Source of the DNA: Candidatus Enterousia sp.
GTDB lineage: Bacteria; Pseudomonadota; Alphaproteobacteria; Rs-D84
DNA: 56,970 nucleotides
Direction: 5' to 3'
NCBI GenBank assembly: GCA_045614665.1
Contig: JAZLDI010000026.1
Coordinates: 1-56,970, forward strand
The notes beneath the pieces are model-generated. The model searched no databases. It was given only the letters and a program-made list of their open reading frames with translations, and was not told the DNA's origin. A program made the position numbers and the translations under genes. How positions within the stretch are numbered: position 1 is the first letter of the stretch; every line of letters starts with the position of its first letter. Positions 1-8,836 of this stretch are shown here, piece after piece.

Positions 1-924
1 ACGTATGACGCAACAATCAAAGCCGGCAAAGTTACCAGTTGCCCGGCCCTTAGTCGTAAACTACGCTGCGATATCTCGAAATTACCACTTGAAATCGTAT
101 CGTATGACTTCGATCTGGATAATGCAGCATTCAAGACCGGCATTGCAAAGATTGCATTTAACTATGCATTGGCGATGAATGTTGACTTAAAGTTATTACA
201 GAACGGATTATCAATAACGGGTTTTGGCAATAATATTTCAAAAATTGAATATAACTATCCGCTGATTCCGTTCTGTCCAATGAATCCGGTGGATACGATT
301 CTGGAACTGGGGACGCCGGTCGAATTGTTTCATAATCTGATTCTGTTTTCACAAAGCAGTCAGTTGTGGTGTTATGTAGATTTGTTTAACACGTTTCAAT
401 ATTATGTGTTATTGTCTGATAAATTGCCCGTGGGCACAGATGTATACCACAACTATACCCAAACACTGCGCAAGATACCGCGTCCAGAAGACTTTGAAAT
501 ATTTAGCCCAAAAGACGCGATGATATACGCCCAGCAATATGGGGTTGAACCAACTATGAATCCCCAAGAATTGGCAATGCGTGTAAAGAGTGCGGATTTG
601 AACAAGCCAACACTGGAACGCTTAATATCAAAAAAGTCAGAATATCTGTCGCCGTTTAATCCGTCCCTGGGGCAATATGGACCAGAATTTGTGATTCAGA
701 TGATGCGGTCATTGTCCTGCTATTTTACAACGGACGAATATGACAACGAAGAATTTATCAAAGAAAACTTTCGCATATGGACACCGGCCCCCAATGGCGA
801 CGCCTTAATACCATATACAGATGCCATAATACAGGCAACCAACGCGAATCAGGATATGTTAAAACAATACACGACCGCCAAATTTAATAAACTGAACGCG
901 CATTTGATAAACAAGGTCAAATAA
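1..924 (+). CDS. 5'-truncated hypothetical protein, possibly the C-terminal part of an HNH_5-family endonuclease
   Basis: Frame 1 is open from base 1 (TYDATIKAGK...FKTGIAKIAFNYALAM...), so the ORF track start at 169 is internal. The KIAFNYA motif resembles the C-terminal region of HNH_5 proteins; the HNH core is not visible. Confidence 0.45.
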   Translation, partial: TYDATIKAGKVTSCPALSRKLRCDISKLPLEIVSYDFDLDNAAFKTGIAKIAFNYALAMNVDLKLLQNGLSITGFGNNISKIEYNYPLIPFCPMNPVDTILELGTPVELFHNLILFSQSSQLWCYVDLFNTFQYYVLLSDKLPVGTDVYHNYTQTLRKIPRPEDFEIFSPKDAMIYAQQYGVEPTMNPQELAMRVKSADLNKPTLERLISKKSEYLSPFNPSLGQYGPEFVIQMMRSLSCYFTTDEYDNEEFIKENFRIWTPAPNGDALIPYTDAIIQATNANQDMLKQYTTAKFNKLNAHLINKVK

Positions 925-931
925 TCGAAAC

Positions 932-959
932 AAAAAACGCCCACAACGGGGCGTTTTTT
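932..959. terminator. Bidirectional intrinsic terminator T2 (copy 1)
   Basis: AAAAAACGCCC-ACAACG-GGGCGTTTTTT; second copy at 2459-2479. Confidence 0.8.
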
Positions 960-964
960 ATTCC

Positions 965-1005
965 TGGCGGAGTATGAATATAACACGATATACACATACA
1001 AATTC
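965..1005 (-). repeat. att junction of mini-island: last 8 nt of tRNA-Ser (TGGCGGAG on +) plus element arm
   Basis: TGGCGGAG-TATGAATATAACACGATATACACATACAAATTC closely matches 2490-2531 TGGCGGAG-TATGAATACAATACGAATAACTACATACAAATTC. Confidence 0.75.
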
Positions 1006-1080
1006 TATTGCTTATAGATAATTATGTAGAAAAAGCCTCTTTTTATGGTATTATGAGTACGGCAAAGGAACTAATACATT

Positions 1081-2241
1081 ATGGCAAAAATAAAATCACA
1101 AGAAGAGATATTGGATTTAATTTATGATACGTACTATCGGATGAACATGCGCCGTAATGTTTTTGATAAAAATGTCAACAATGATCCAGAATATATAAAA
1201 AAAACAACCGGAATGGATATCGATACTTTCGAAAAAGTATTGAATGTTTACGAAACATATGTGCCAGCCAACATATCATTGGGCCTCTTTTTGACAATGC
1301 TTAAAGACGACCCGAAACTGTTGGACGATATCAAAGGGAATTTTTCTAGCTTTAATCCCGAGCTATCAAAAAAACACAGACTCTATAAAACCTATAAAAT
1401 TACGAGCGACCAATTCCGAAATGATGTACGTGGGGCAATCGACATAGGGGCTCGTATTGGTGTTGCAAAAAAATACGCAGACATATACACCAGTATCATT
1501 ACTGGTGACGATGAAATTTTGTGTGACGCATGGATTTTTGACACACTGGACAGAAAGCAACGCCAAGAACTGGCCATAAAAATAATTGATGGCATCAACC
1601 AACATTTGGGCATTGAACAGAAATTAAAAATCCGTTATACAGATGGCAAAAAGCGTTTTATGACCACACAGACCCTATTACAGGAATTGTTTGGAGAATT
1701 TATTGAAAAAGTGATTCTTCGAACAGAAGCAACCAAACCGACAGGACTATATAATAGGCAAGAAAACTCTATTCATATAATAAAATCTGAAAGCTTTTCA
1801 GAATTTATCAAAACACTAAGTCATGAATACGGACACTTTATTGACAACAATTATCCAAATTTAGGCATGCTTGGGGTGCAAATTGCTGAATACGGCGAAC
1901 AGGTTTATAATAGAACAGGCGCCCAGCATGATAAAAATGCCACAGAAAGCGCCTCTATAGATATTGCAGAAGCCGTAAGACAACAAGTTTTGTTGTTTTT
2001 ACATAAACAACTGGAAAGCAAACCAGATTTGTACAAAAAAGCCCTGACCAAGGCAGTTACTAACCTTGAACTAAAATTGGCTGCTATGCGTCTAAAATCG
2101 ACCAAGAAGACATCCGCACACGCAGAAACATCGGACGAATACATAGAAACAAAAAACGCACTTGCATTTTATAAAGTAATACTAAATCAATTTGACCAAA
2201 GTAAGAGTTTAGAAAAATTTACCCAACAAACAGAAAGATAA
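1081..2241 (+). CDS. Hypothetical protein with a zincin-like HEXXH metallopeptidase motif
   Basis: GLYNRQENSIHI...TLSHEYGHFID...E; AAAGGA RBS and TATTAT -10 upstream. Confidence 0.55.
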   Translation: MAKIKSQEEILDLIYDTYYRMNMRRNVFDKNVNNDPEYIKKTTGMDIDTFEKVLNVYETYVPANISLGLFLTMLKDDPKLLDDIKGNFSSFNPELSKKHRLYKTYKITSDQFRNDVRGAIDIGARIGVAKKYADIYTSIITGDDEILCDAWIFDTLDRKQRQELAIKIIDGINQHLGIEQKLKIRYTDGKKRFMTTQTLLQELFGEFIEKVILRTEATKPTGLYNRQENSIHIIKSESFSEFIKTLSHEYGHFIDNNYPNLGMLGVQIAEYGEQVYNRTGAQHDKNATESASIDIAEAVRQQVLLFLHKQLESKPDLYKKALTKAVTNLELKLAAMRLKSTKKTSAHAETSDEYIETKNALAFYKVILNQFDQSKSLEKFTQQTER

Positions 2242-2248
2242 AAAAACA

Positions 2249-2301
2249 CCCCGACAGATATTGTCGGGGTGTTGATTATTTCTGGCGGAGACGAAGGGAT
2301 T
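2249..2301 (-). repeat. 53-bp direct repeat: terminator T1 plus last 19 nt of tRNA-Ser
   Basis: Matches 17039-17091 with one mismatch (CCCCGACAGATATTGTCGGGGT.TTGATTATTTCTGGCGGAGACGAAGGGATT). Confidence 0.95.
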
Positions 2302-2458
2302 GTCTGATTCCCATTTGCGCCACGTTGGCGCAATGGGCCCCTTTCGCTGCGTAAGATTCAAACTTCGCCAAATGGCTTGTTTTCATCAACTGACGCCCCG
2401 AACCCAGCAATCACAGATTGCGAACGCTTTGTCCACACTGCAACACCAACACAAAAAT
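2302..2458 (-). repeat. tRNA-linked structured repeat module R (Ser copy)
   Basis: 2302-2405 aligns with 28621-28721; GC-rich hairpin CCCAT-T-TGCGCCA-CGT-TGGCGCA-ATGGG; core ends in CGAACCC. Confidence 0.85.
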
Positions 2459-2479
2459 AAAACGCCCACAACGGGGCGT
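2459..2479. terminator. Terminator T2 (copy 2)
   Basis: AAAACGCCCACAACGGGGCGT, as at 932-959. Confidence 0.65.
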
Positions 2480-2846
2480 GTGATTTTTGTGGCGGAGTAT
2501 GAATACAATACGAATAACTACATACAAATTCCGCTTTTACAGGGAATTTACAGGGATATTTGATATTTTCTTTATATTATCTGGGAGAAACATTAACTTT
2601 CTGGGAACTATCTGGGAAATCTCCTGATTAAGTGGCTCGTTGCAACCGTGGCGGGGTTGTTTTATATACCCTAATCAACCCATTTGAAAAAAATTTTGAA
2701 ATTTGCTATTAATAGTATGGGCGGCGAAATAATGGCGAAGTGTCCGGCCGAGGAATGGACAAATCAAGGGGATACACATATCCCGTTCGCCGTTAGGAGT
2801 AAGTAAAAAATGAAAAAAGTAATTAATCTAAATAAAAGGACCATTC

Positions 2847-3608
2847 ATGTCAAAAATGAATATTGCTTACTCCGCACTGGAGGACATACATGGATATGAA
2901 CGCAATGCGCGAAATCATCCTGAATCACAAATTAAACAAATTATAAAATCTATTACCGAGTTTGGCTTTAACAACCCAATACTGATTGATGAACGAGGCG
3001 AAATTATCGCTGGTCATGGTCGATATATTGCTGCAAAAGAAATGGGACTTAACACCGTTCCCACCATCACACTTTCGCACCTGAACGAAAGGCAAAAGCG
3101 CGCATATCGGCTGGCTGATAATAAAATTGCAGAAAATGGTGGTTGGAATCTGGAACTGTTGCAGATGGAAATCAAAGATCTGGAACAAATCTGTACAGGC
3201 GAATTAGACATACGAATAACCGGCTTTAACGATGCGGAATTGGATCAACTAATAAATCTGGACGGAATGCCATCCGCTGACCCAAAAGCCAACCATATAC
3301 CGTTTATACCCGAAGATGAAATAGTGTCTGTACTTGGCGACATTTGGCAAATTGGCCCGCACAGAATTATTTGTGGCAACAGTCTAGAAGAATCTACTTT
3401 TAATCAACTAATGGACGAAGTGGTGGCAAATACTGTTTTGCAAGATCCGCCATACAATGTAAAAATCAATGGGCATGTCTGCGGTTCGGGCGCAATACAC
3501 CACAAAGAGTTCGTAATGGCATCGGGCGAGATGTCAGCGGAAGAATTTATCAATTTCCTGAAACAAAACTTTTTTCTGGGGCAGAAGGGTGATAGCTCAA
3601 AAGTATAG
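2847..3608 (+). pseudogene. ParB N-terminal domain plus N6/N4 DNA methyltransferase, C-terminally truncated
   Basis: ParB-like SITEFGFNNPILID...AGHGR and catalytic DPPYN are present; the ORF ends about 50 aa later with no FxGxG SAM-binding motif. Confidence 0.8.
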
Positions 3609-3677
3609 TCGCACTTTTGTTACGCTATTGAAAAAAGAGGATGAAATTACTATAATATTTTAAAGCGAGGATATAAA

Positions 3678-5126
3678 ATGGTGCAGTCTATTGAAATTAA
3701 CCCGAATTTGTCTGGTTTTTTGTCTTCTTTTAGAGAAATTGGCTATAAATTGGAAACGGCTGTTGCTGATATTGTTGATAACAGTATTTCTGCAGGAGCT
3801 AAAAACGTTAGAATAAGTCTATTGCCGTCTCAGAATGCTTTAATGGTCTTTGATGATGGGTGTGGCATGTCTCCAGATGAGCTTGTAGAGGCCATGAGAC
3901 TTGGAACTGAAAAGGATTTTCGTGAAGCAGGCGATCTAGGAAAATTTGGTCTGGGGTTAAAAACAGCATCTTTTTCCCAAACAAAAAAGTTTTCGGTAAT
4001 TTCTAAAAAGAATGGCGTTGTTTCTGCTCTTCAATGGGATATTGATTTTGTTGAGCAAGAGAACAAGTGGCTGGCTAAGAAAATGTTGCTAGAAGATTTG
4101 ATTAGCACAATATCTGGCTTGGATCAAAATGTTGTTAAGTTTTTAGATTATGAAAAATCTTGGACGATAGTATTGTGGGAGAATTTAGATAAGTATGCAG
4201 AGTATCATCTAGAAGAGCTGGTTGATACTCTACGAAAACATTTGTCCTTGGTTTTTCACCGGTATATGGCCCCAGAAGGCTATAACAAGAAGCGAGTGGC
4301 TTTGTTTTACAATGGAACGCAAATTATTCCAGTCGATCCTTTTGCGGAAGGTATTCGAGCAACACAAAAAAACAAAGAAGAAGAAATAATAATAAGGGGA
4401 CATAAAATATATGTAAAAGCCTTTGATGTGCCTAATCATAATAAATTAACCCAGCAACAATATGAAGTTTTGGCGATGGGAGAAGGTTTTTCTAGAAACC
4501 AGGGATTTTATTTGTATCGAGAGGGGCGCTTGCTAAGCTGGGGCACATGGTTTGGATTGGCAAAAGCCTGCGATGCAACATCGTTAGCCAGAGTAAGAAT
4601 AGATGTTGATAACAAGCAAGATGATTTGTGGAGAATTGACGTTAAAAAATCTATGGCGGATCCTGTGCCAGAAGTAAAGGAAGCATTAAAACATTACGCA
4701 GGTAAGACGATGGTACGTTCTAAAGTAACTAAAAGCGCGCCGCATGTTCGTCGTGGCGACAAAGAAGATTGGTGGATGGAAGAACGTTTAGAAAACGGTA
4801 AGATTGTATTTCGTATTAACAGACAGCATTCTTTGTATAGGTCTATTCTGGAGTCTTTTGATAACATTAAACCATTGCTAGATGCAATGTTTAGTAAAAT
4901 AGAGGCGGATATTCCAATTAAGTCGATTGATGCTATTATGAACACAAATCCACATGACATACAAGTGGAAGATGGATTCAATGCAACTGAGATGAAAGAG
5001 TTTGCATTAATGTTGAAGGGGACAGGCAAAACAAAAGAACAAATTGCTGAACTTTTGACAGTTGATGACCCAAGTGGAGTTCATGCGAAAGATATTGAAA
5101 AAATATTACAGGAGGTGTTTGAATGA
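3678..5126 (+). CDS. mzaB: MORC/MutL-like GHKL ATPase (MzaB-like)
   Basis: DIVDNSISAGA, DDGCGM, LGKFGLGLKTAS; NQGFYLYREGRLL; RIDVKKS. Confidence 0.85.
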   Translation: MVQSIEINPNLSGFLSSFREIGYKLETAVADIVDNSISAGAKNVRISLLPSQNALMVFDDGCGMSPDELVEAMRLGTEKDFREAGDLGKFGLGLKTASFSQTKKFSVISKKNGVVSALQWDIDFVEQENKWLAKKMLLEDLISTISGLDQNVVKFLDYEKSWTIVLWENLDKYAEYHLEELVDTLRKHLSLVFHRYMAPEGYNKKRVALFYNGTQIIPVDPFAEGIRATQKNKEEEIIIRGHKIYVKAFDVPNHNKLTQQQYEVLAMGEGFSRNQGFYLYREGRLLSWGTWFGLAKACDATSLARVRIDVDNKQDDLWRIDVKKSMADPVPEVKEALKHYAGKTMVRSKVTKSAPHVRRGDKEDWWMEERLENGKIVFRINRQHSLYRSILESFDNIKPLLDAMFSKIEADIPIKSIDAIMNTNPHDIQVEDGFNATEMKEFALMLKGTGKTKEQIAELLTVDDPSGVHAKDIEKILQEVFE

Positions 5127-7888
5127 GTAAATTCATAGAACGTGGCACAGAAGAGTTTGATAAAATATCTGAGTTTGTTCAGACGGACTTATCTTATATA
5201 AAATCTCCAATTCCGTATAATCAAATGATTAAATCTATAAGCTTTTTTGAAAAACTTGTAGGTGCTAAAATGACACCGCCAGCTAAATTATCGGATGTTG
5301 CGAAATTGCAGCTTGTTCGCAGAATGGAAAGTTATTTTGCAATTCAGCCCTTAGTTGGAGAAGATGTAATTGTTGAATCTGAGGTGTCAAAAAACCGACC
5401 TAAGTGGTGGACTAACAAAGCCAATAGAGAAGATGGATATTATTTGAAAAGTTATTTGACGTATTTAAAAAAAGATCCTGCTACGGTCAATATGCGAAAT
5501 AAAGATGCTATAAATAGAGATATGGAGCGAACAGATCTTGTTTTAGACAAATTGTTTGACCCCCAGGATGCCTCAACACAAAGGGAAGATAGACGCGGTC
5601 TAGTTATGGGTAATGTTCAGTCTGGTAAAACATCAAATTATTCTTTGTTGATAAGCAAAGCTGCAGATGCAGGATTTAGATTCATAATAGTTTTAACAGG
5701 TACAATAGAGTTGTTACGTCAGCAAACACAGGGACGATTAGATGAAAGTTTTGTTGGCGAAAAATCGGAAGCAATAGATGGTGCAGATAATATTATAGGT
5801 GTTGGAAAATATCGTTCTCCAAATGATCTGAAAGAAAAACTCCCTATATCAATGACTTCTACTGATACAGATTTTAGAAGCAATCAAAGAAAAGCACTAA
5901 AACCTCTTAATTTAGCCAATACAAAAAGTCCGATTATTTTAGTGGTAAAGAAAAATTCTACTGCCCTAAAAGAAATACAAAAATGGCTGGATGGTAATGC
6001 AGAACAAACAAAACAATACCCTATATTGATGATTGATGACGAAGCAGATGCAGCTTCTGTTTCATCGAAGGGTTCTGAAGATCCGACGGTTATAAATAAA
6101 CTAATTAGGGAGATTTTAAATCGTTTTGATAAGAGTGCATATGTGGGGTACACGGCAACCCCTTTTGCAAATATATTTATTGATCCATTGTATAACACGC
6201 AGGGTATGAATGATTTATATCCAAGTGATTTTATGATTTCTTTGGCTGCGCCAGAAAACTACATTGGGGCAAAAAAGATTTTTGGTGGTTCTGAAGACGA
6301 ATATTCAGATTTCTTGGTCCCGATTGTGGATTGGAGTGATGAATTTCCGTGGAAGCAGAAAAATCCAGAGGTTCATATGTATGCCAATAGATTGCCAGAA
6401 TCATTACAGAATGCAATCCGGTTATTTATGCTAAACATATGTATCAGGGATTTGCGTGGTTATGATGACAAGCACAACAGTATGTTGGTTCATGTTAGTC
6501 GTTTAACAATGGTGCATAAAAAAGTACAAAATCTTATTAAGAAGTTTGTAGAAAAGATCGAAAATGATGTTTTGAATTATGCTGGTGCTCCACAAAACTC
6601 TCAGGAGTATAAAAACGCAATTTTACCATTCAAAACCCTTTTTGAAGATATGTCGGAATCAGGCTATGAGTGCGAGGGGGAATATTTTGGGCGTAATTGG
6701 GCTTCAAATAAGACGTATGGGGTATTTTCATGGGATAAAGTCCTTGAGCGGCTTAAGGATATAGTATCTTCAATATTTGTGGGGGGAGCTTTTTCTACAA
6801 AGAAAAAGGAAATTGTTTATCCAAAAGATAGTAGAGTAAATGTTATTGCTGTTGGCGGTAATACATTGGCTCGTGGATTTACGTTGGAAAACTTAAGTGT
6901 TAGCTATTTTACAAGAAATACAATTGCTTGTGACACATTGTTGCAAATGGGACGCTGGTTTGGCTATAGAACAGCGTACGACGACTTATGCAGAATATTC
7001 ATGCCAGAGGAATGTATTAGGAACTTTAAGTATGCAACAATCTCGTCAGAGGATTTGGTTGAAAATATTAATCAAATGAATAAGAAGGGCGCAGACCCGA
7101 AGGACTTCCTGATAACGATTGCGACCCATCCTGCATCACAGTTGGTGCTGACCGCAGTTAATAAGTCTCGCAATGCCGTTTACAGTAGTGGGGTTCGGTT
7201 AGATGGTAAGCTAGTAGAAAATCCAAATGTAAACGTATCGCATGGTATGAATTTAAATAACAAACAGGAATTATTAGACTGTGTGACCAACATGTCATCT
7301 GAACTAATATCAACATATGGTACTCCAACATTAGATAAAGATGGTTTTTTATGGAAAGATGTGGATGCAAAATTTATTATAGATTTCATCACAGGGTATC
7401 CGATTGATGTTCAGGTAGAATATAGTTCTGACTTCTTTAGAAGATATTTAAAGGAAAATTCCCATTTAAAGTGGGATGTCGCCATAATCAGCAGAGATTA
7501 TGTAAATAAAAATAATACTAAGCCAACAGTTACAATAAATAGTCTGGAGGTATACAAATCTCGTCGTTCATATCGTCAGGGGTCTGATGATAAAAAGATA
7601 AGCATGTCAATTAAAGACGATGAATGTATAGGCTTGGGGTATACGGCAGATAAAAAGCGTGCAGATGCACGAAGTGAAAGGGGTAAGCCTTTATTGCTGA
7701 TTAATATAGTTGATATCTATCTGAATAAAGAAAGTGATGAAAAAGCAATGGAGGATGTGCCGATTGTTACAGTGTCTTTCCCTGGGACATTCAATACACC
7801 CATTACAAAACCTGTATATGGTGCGGTATGGAACAAGAGGGTAGAAGATCACCTGAGGGAAGATTTTGAAGAAAGTGAAGACGAATAA
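5123..7888 (+). CDS. mzaC: Z1-domain SF2 helicase-like protein (MzaC-like)
   Basis: GNVQSGKT, IDDEADAAS, YTATPFAN, RGFTLENL, LLQMGRWFGYR; ATGA overlap with the upstream gene. Confidence 0.88.
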   Translation: MSKFIERGTEEFDKISEFVQTDLSYIKSPIPYNQMIKSISFFEKLVGAKMTPPAKLSDVAKLQLVRRMESYFAIQPLVGEDVIVESEVSKNRPKWWTNKANREDGYYLKSYLTYLKKDPATVNMRNKDAINRDMERTDLVLDKLFDPQDASTQREDRRGLVMGNVQSGKTSNYSLLISKAADAGFRFIIVLTGTIELLRQQTQGRLDESFVGEKSEAIDGADNIIGVGKYRSPNDLKEKLPISMTSTDTDFRSNQRKALKPLNLANTKSPIILVVKKNSTALKEIQKWLDGNAEQTKQYPILMIDDEADAASVSSKGSEDPTVINKLIREILNRFDKSAYVGYTATPFANIFIDPLYNTQGMNDLYPSDFMISLAAPENYIGAKKIFGGSEDEYSDFLVPIVDWSDEFPWKQKNPEVHMYANRLPESLQNAIRLFMLNICIRDLRGYDDKHNSMLVHVSRLTMVHKKVQNLIKKFVEKIENDVLNYAGAPQNSQEYKNAILPFKTLFEDMSESGYECEGEYFGRNWASNKTYGVFSWDKVLERLKDIVSSIFVGGAFSTKKKEIVYPKDSRVNVIAVGGNTLARGFTLENLSVSYFTRNTIACDTLLQMGRWFGYRTAYDDLCRIFMPEECIRNFKYATISSEDLVENINQMNKKGADPKDFLITIATHPASQLVLTAVNKSRNAVYSSGVRLDGKLVENPNVNVSHGMNLNNKQELLDCVTNMSSELISTYGTPTLDKDGFLWKDVDAKFIIDFITGYPIDVQVEYSSDFFRRYLKENSHLKWDVAIISRDYVNKNNTKPTVTINSLEVYKSRRSYRQGSDDKKISMSIKDDECIGLGYTADKKRADARSERGKPLLLINIVDIYLNKESDEKAMEDVPIVTVSFPGTFNTPITKPVYGAVWNKRVEDHLREDFEESEDE

Positions 7889-7898
7889 AGGGGATAAC

Positions 7899-8834
7899 AT
7901 GATAAACTTTTTAGATGTACAACCAGGAACATATAAGCGTTTGGGTGAAGATTCTTGTTTTTTGATAGAAAGGGATGCAGACAATAATTTAGCATTCGTA
8001 ATTGAATTACCAAAAAATGCAAAGTTCCTAGCCAAAACGCTGAAATTAGCAGGTGTTGCAATAACAGAAAGAGCAACAGGTTTGGCTGTGCAGTTTGTGC
8101 TGACACTAAAAAATGAATCAGATACAGAAATTTTTATAAAACTATGTAATGATTTACAAGAAATACCCGTGTCACAAGACGTACAAAAATATGCCGATGA
8201 TATTTCTTGCCGGTTAGAACAATGGGTGAGATTTCTTGCAATGGCACGGGCCAAGAATATCCCCCTAAGAACTCAGTTGGGGCTGATTGGCGAATTGACT
8301 TTTTTAAAAATGTTACTACAGACTGCCAAAGATCCAAAAGTAATTTTAGAGAAATGGCGTGGTCCAGAGGGAGAGGTGCATGATTTTATTTTGTCTAAGT
8401 CTGCATATGAAATAAAGAGTAAGCTGGCCGATGACAAAACTGTAACGATATCTAATGAAAATCAGTTGGAAGCTAATGAACAAGAAGAATTAGGCTTGAT
8501 TGTGTTTGAGCTAGCAGAAGCAGACGAAGGAAAAACGATTGTTGATTTGTCTGCAGAAATTATTTCTACATACTTCAAAGACGATATTGTGGCCCAGTCC
8601 ATTTTTGAGAAAAAATTGTTGGAATTGAATTTTAATATCATGGAAACATACGATAATCTTGGTACCTATGATGTTATTGGCATGAAAAAATATAGTGTCA
8701 CAGAAGAATTCCCTAAGCTTGTACCGTCTAGTTTGCCTTCTGGAATTCACACTGTACGCTACAAATTGGACTTAGAGAATATTTCTAATTTTATAGTTCC
8801 TTTTGATGGTTCGTTATTAACCCAGGAGATTTAA
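7899..8834 (+). CDS. mzaD: PD-(D/E)XK motif protein, DUF4420-like (MzaD-like)
   Basis: QLGLIGEL, WRGPEGEVHDF, YEIKS, ISNENQL, FPKL; GGGG RBS before ATG 7899. Confidence 0.85.
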   Translation: MINFLDVQPGTYKRLGEDSCFLIERDADNNLAFVIELPKNAKFLAKTLKLAGVAITERATGLAVQFVLTLKNESDTEIFIKLCNDLQEIPVSQDVQKYADDISCRLEQWVRFLAMARAKNIPLRTQLGLIGELTFLKMLLQTAKDPKVILEKWRGPEGEVHDFILSKSAYEIKSKLADDKTVTISNENQLEANEQEELGLIVFELAEADEGKTIVDLSAEIISTYFKDDIVAQSIFEKKLLELNFNIMETYDNLGTYDVIGMKKYSVTEEFPKLVPSSLPSGIHTVRYKLDLENISNFIVPFDGSLLTQEI

Positions 8835-8836
8835 AT

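Larger units (their letters stand above)
965..2290. mobile_element. Putative non-autonomous 1.3-kb single-gene mini-island in a duplicated tRNA-Ser 3' end
   Basis: Bounded by TGGCGGAG direct repeats (965-972, 2283-2290). Its left arm and right terminator T1 match the two ends of the large island 2490-17080. No recombinase inside. Confidence 0.6.

Noticed and set aside
932-2531. CRISPR array or integron attC interpretation of the repeats
   Set aside because: No regular repeat-spacer period, no cas or intI gene, no attC core sites.
2300-2563. 87-aa ORF
   Set aside because: Spans module R, a terminator and the att arm; no RBS or protein-like features.
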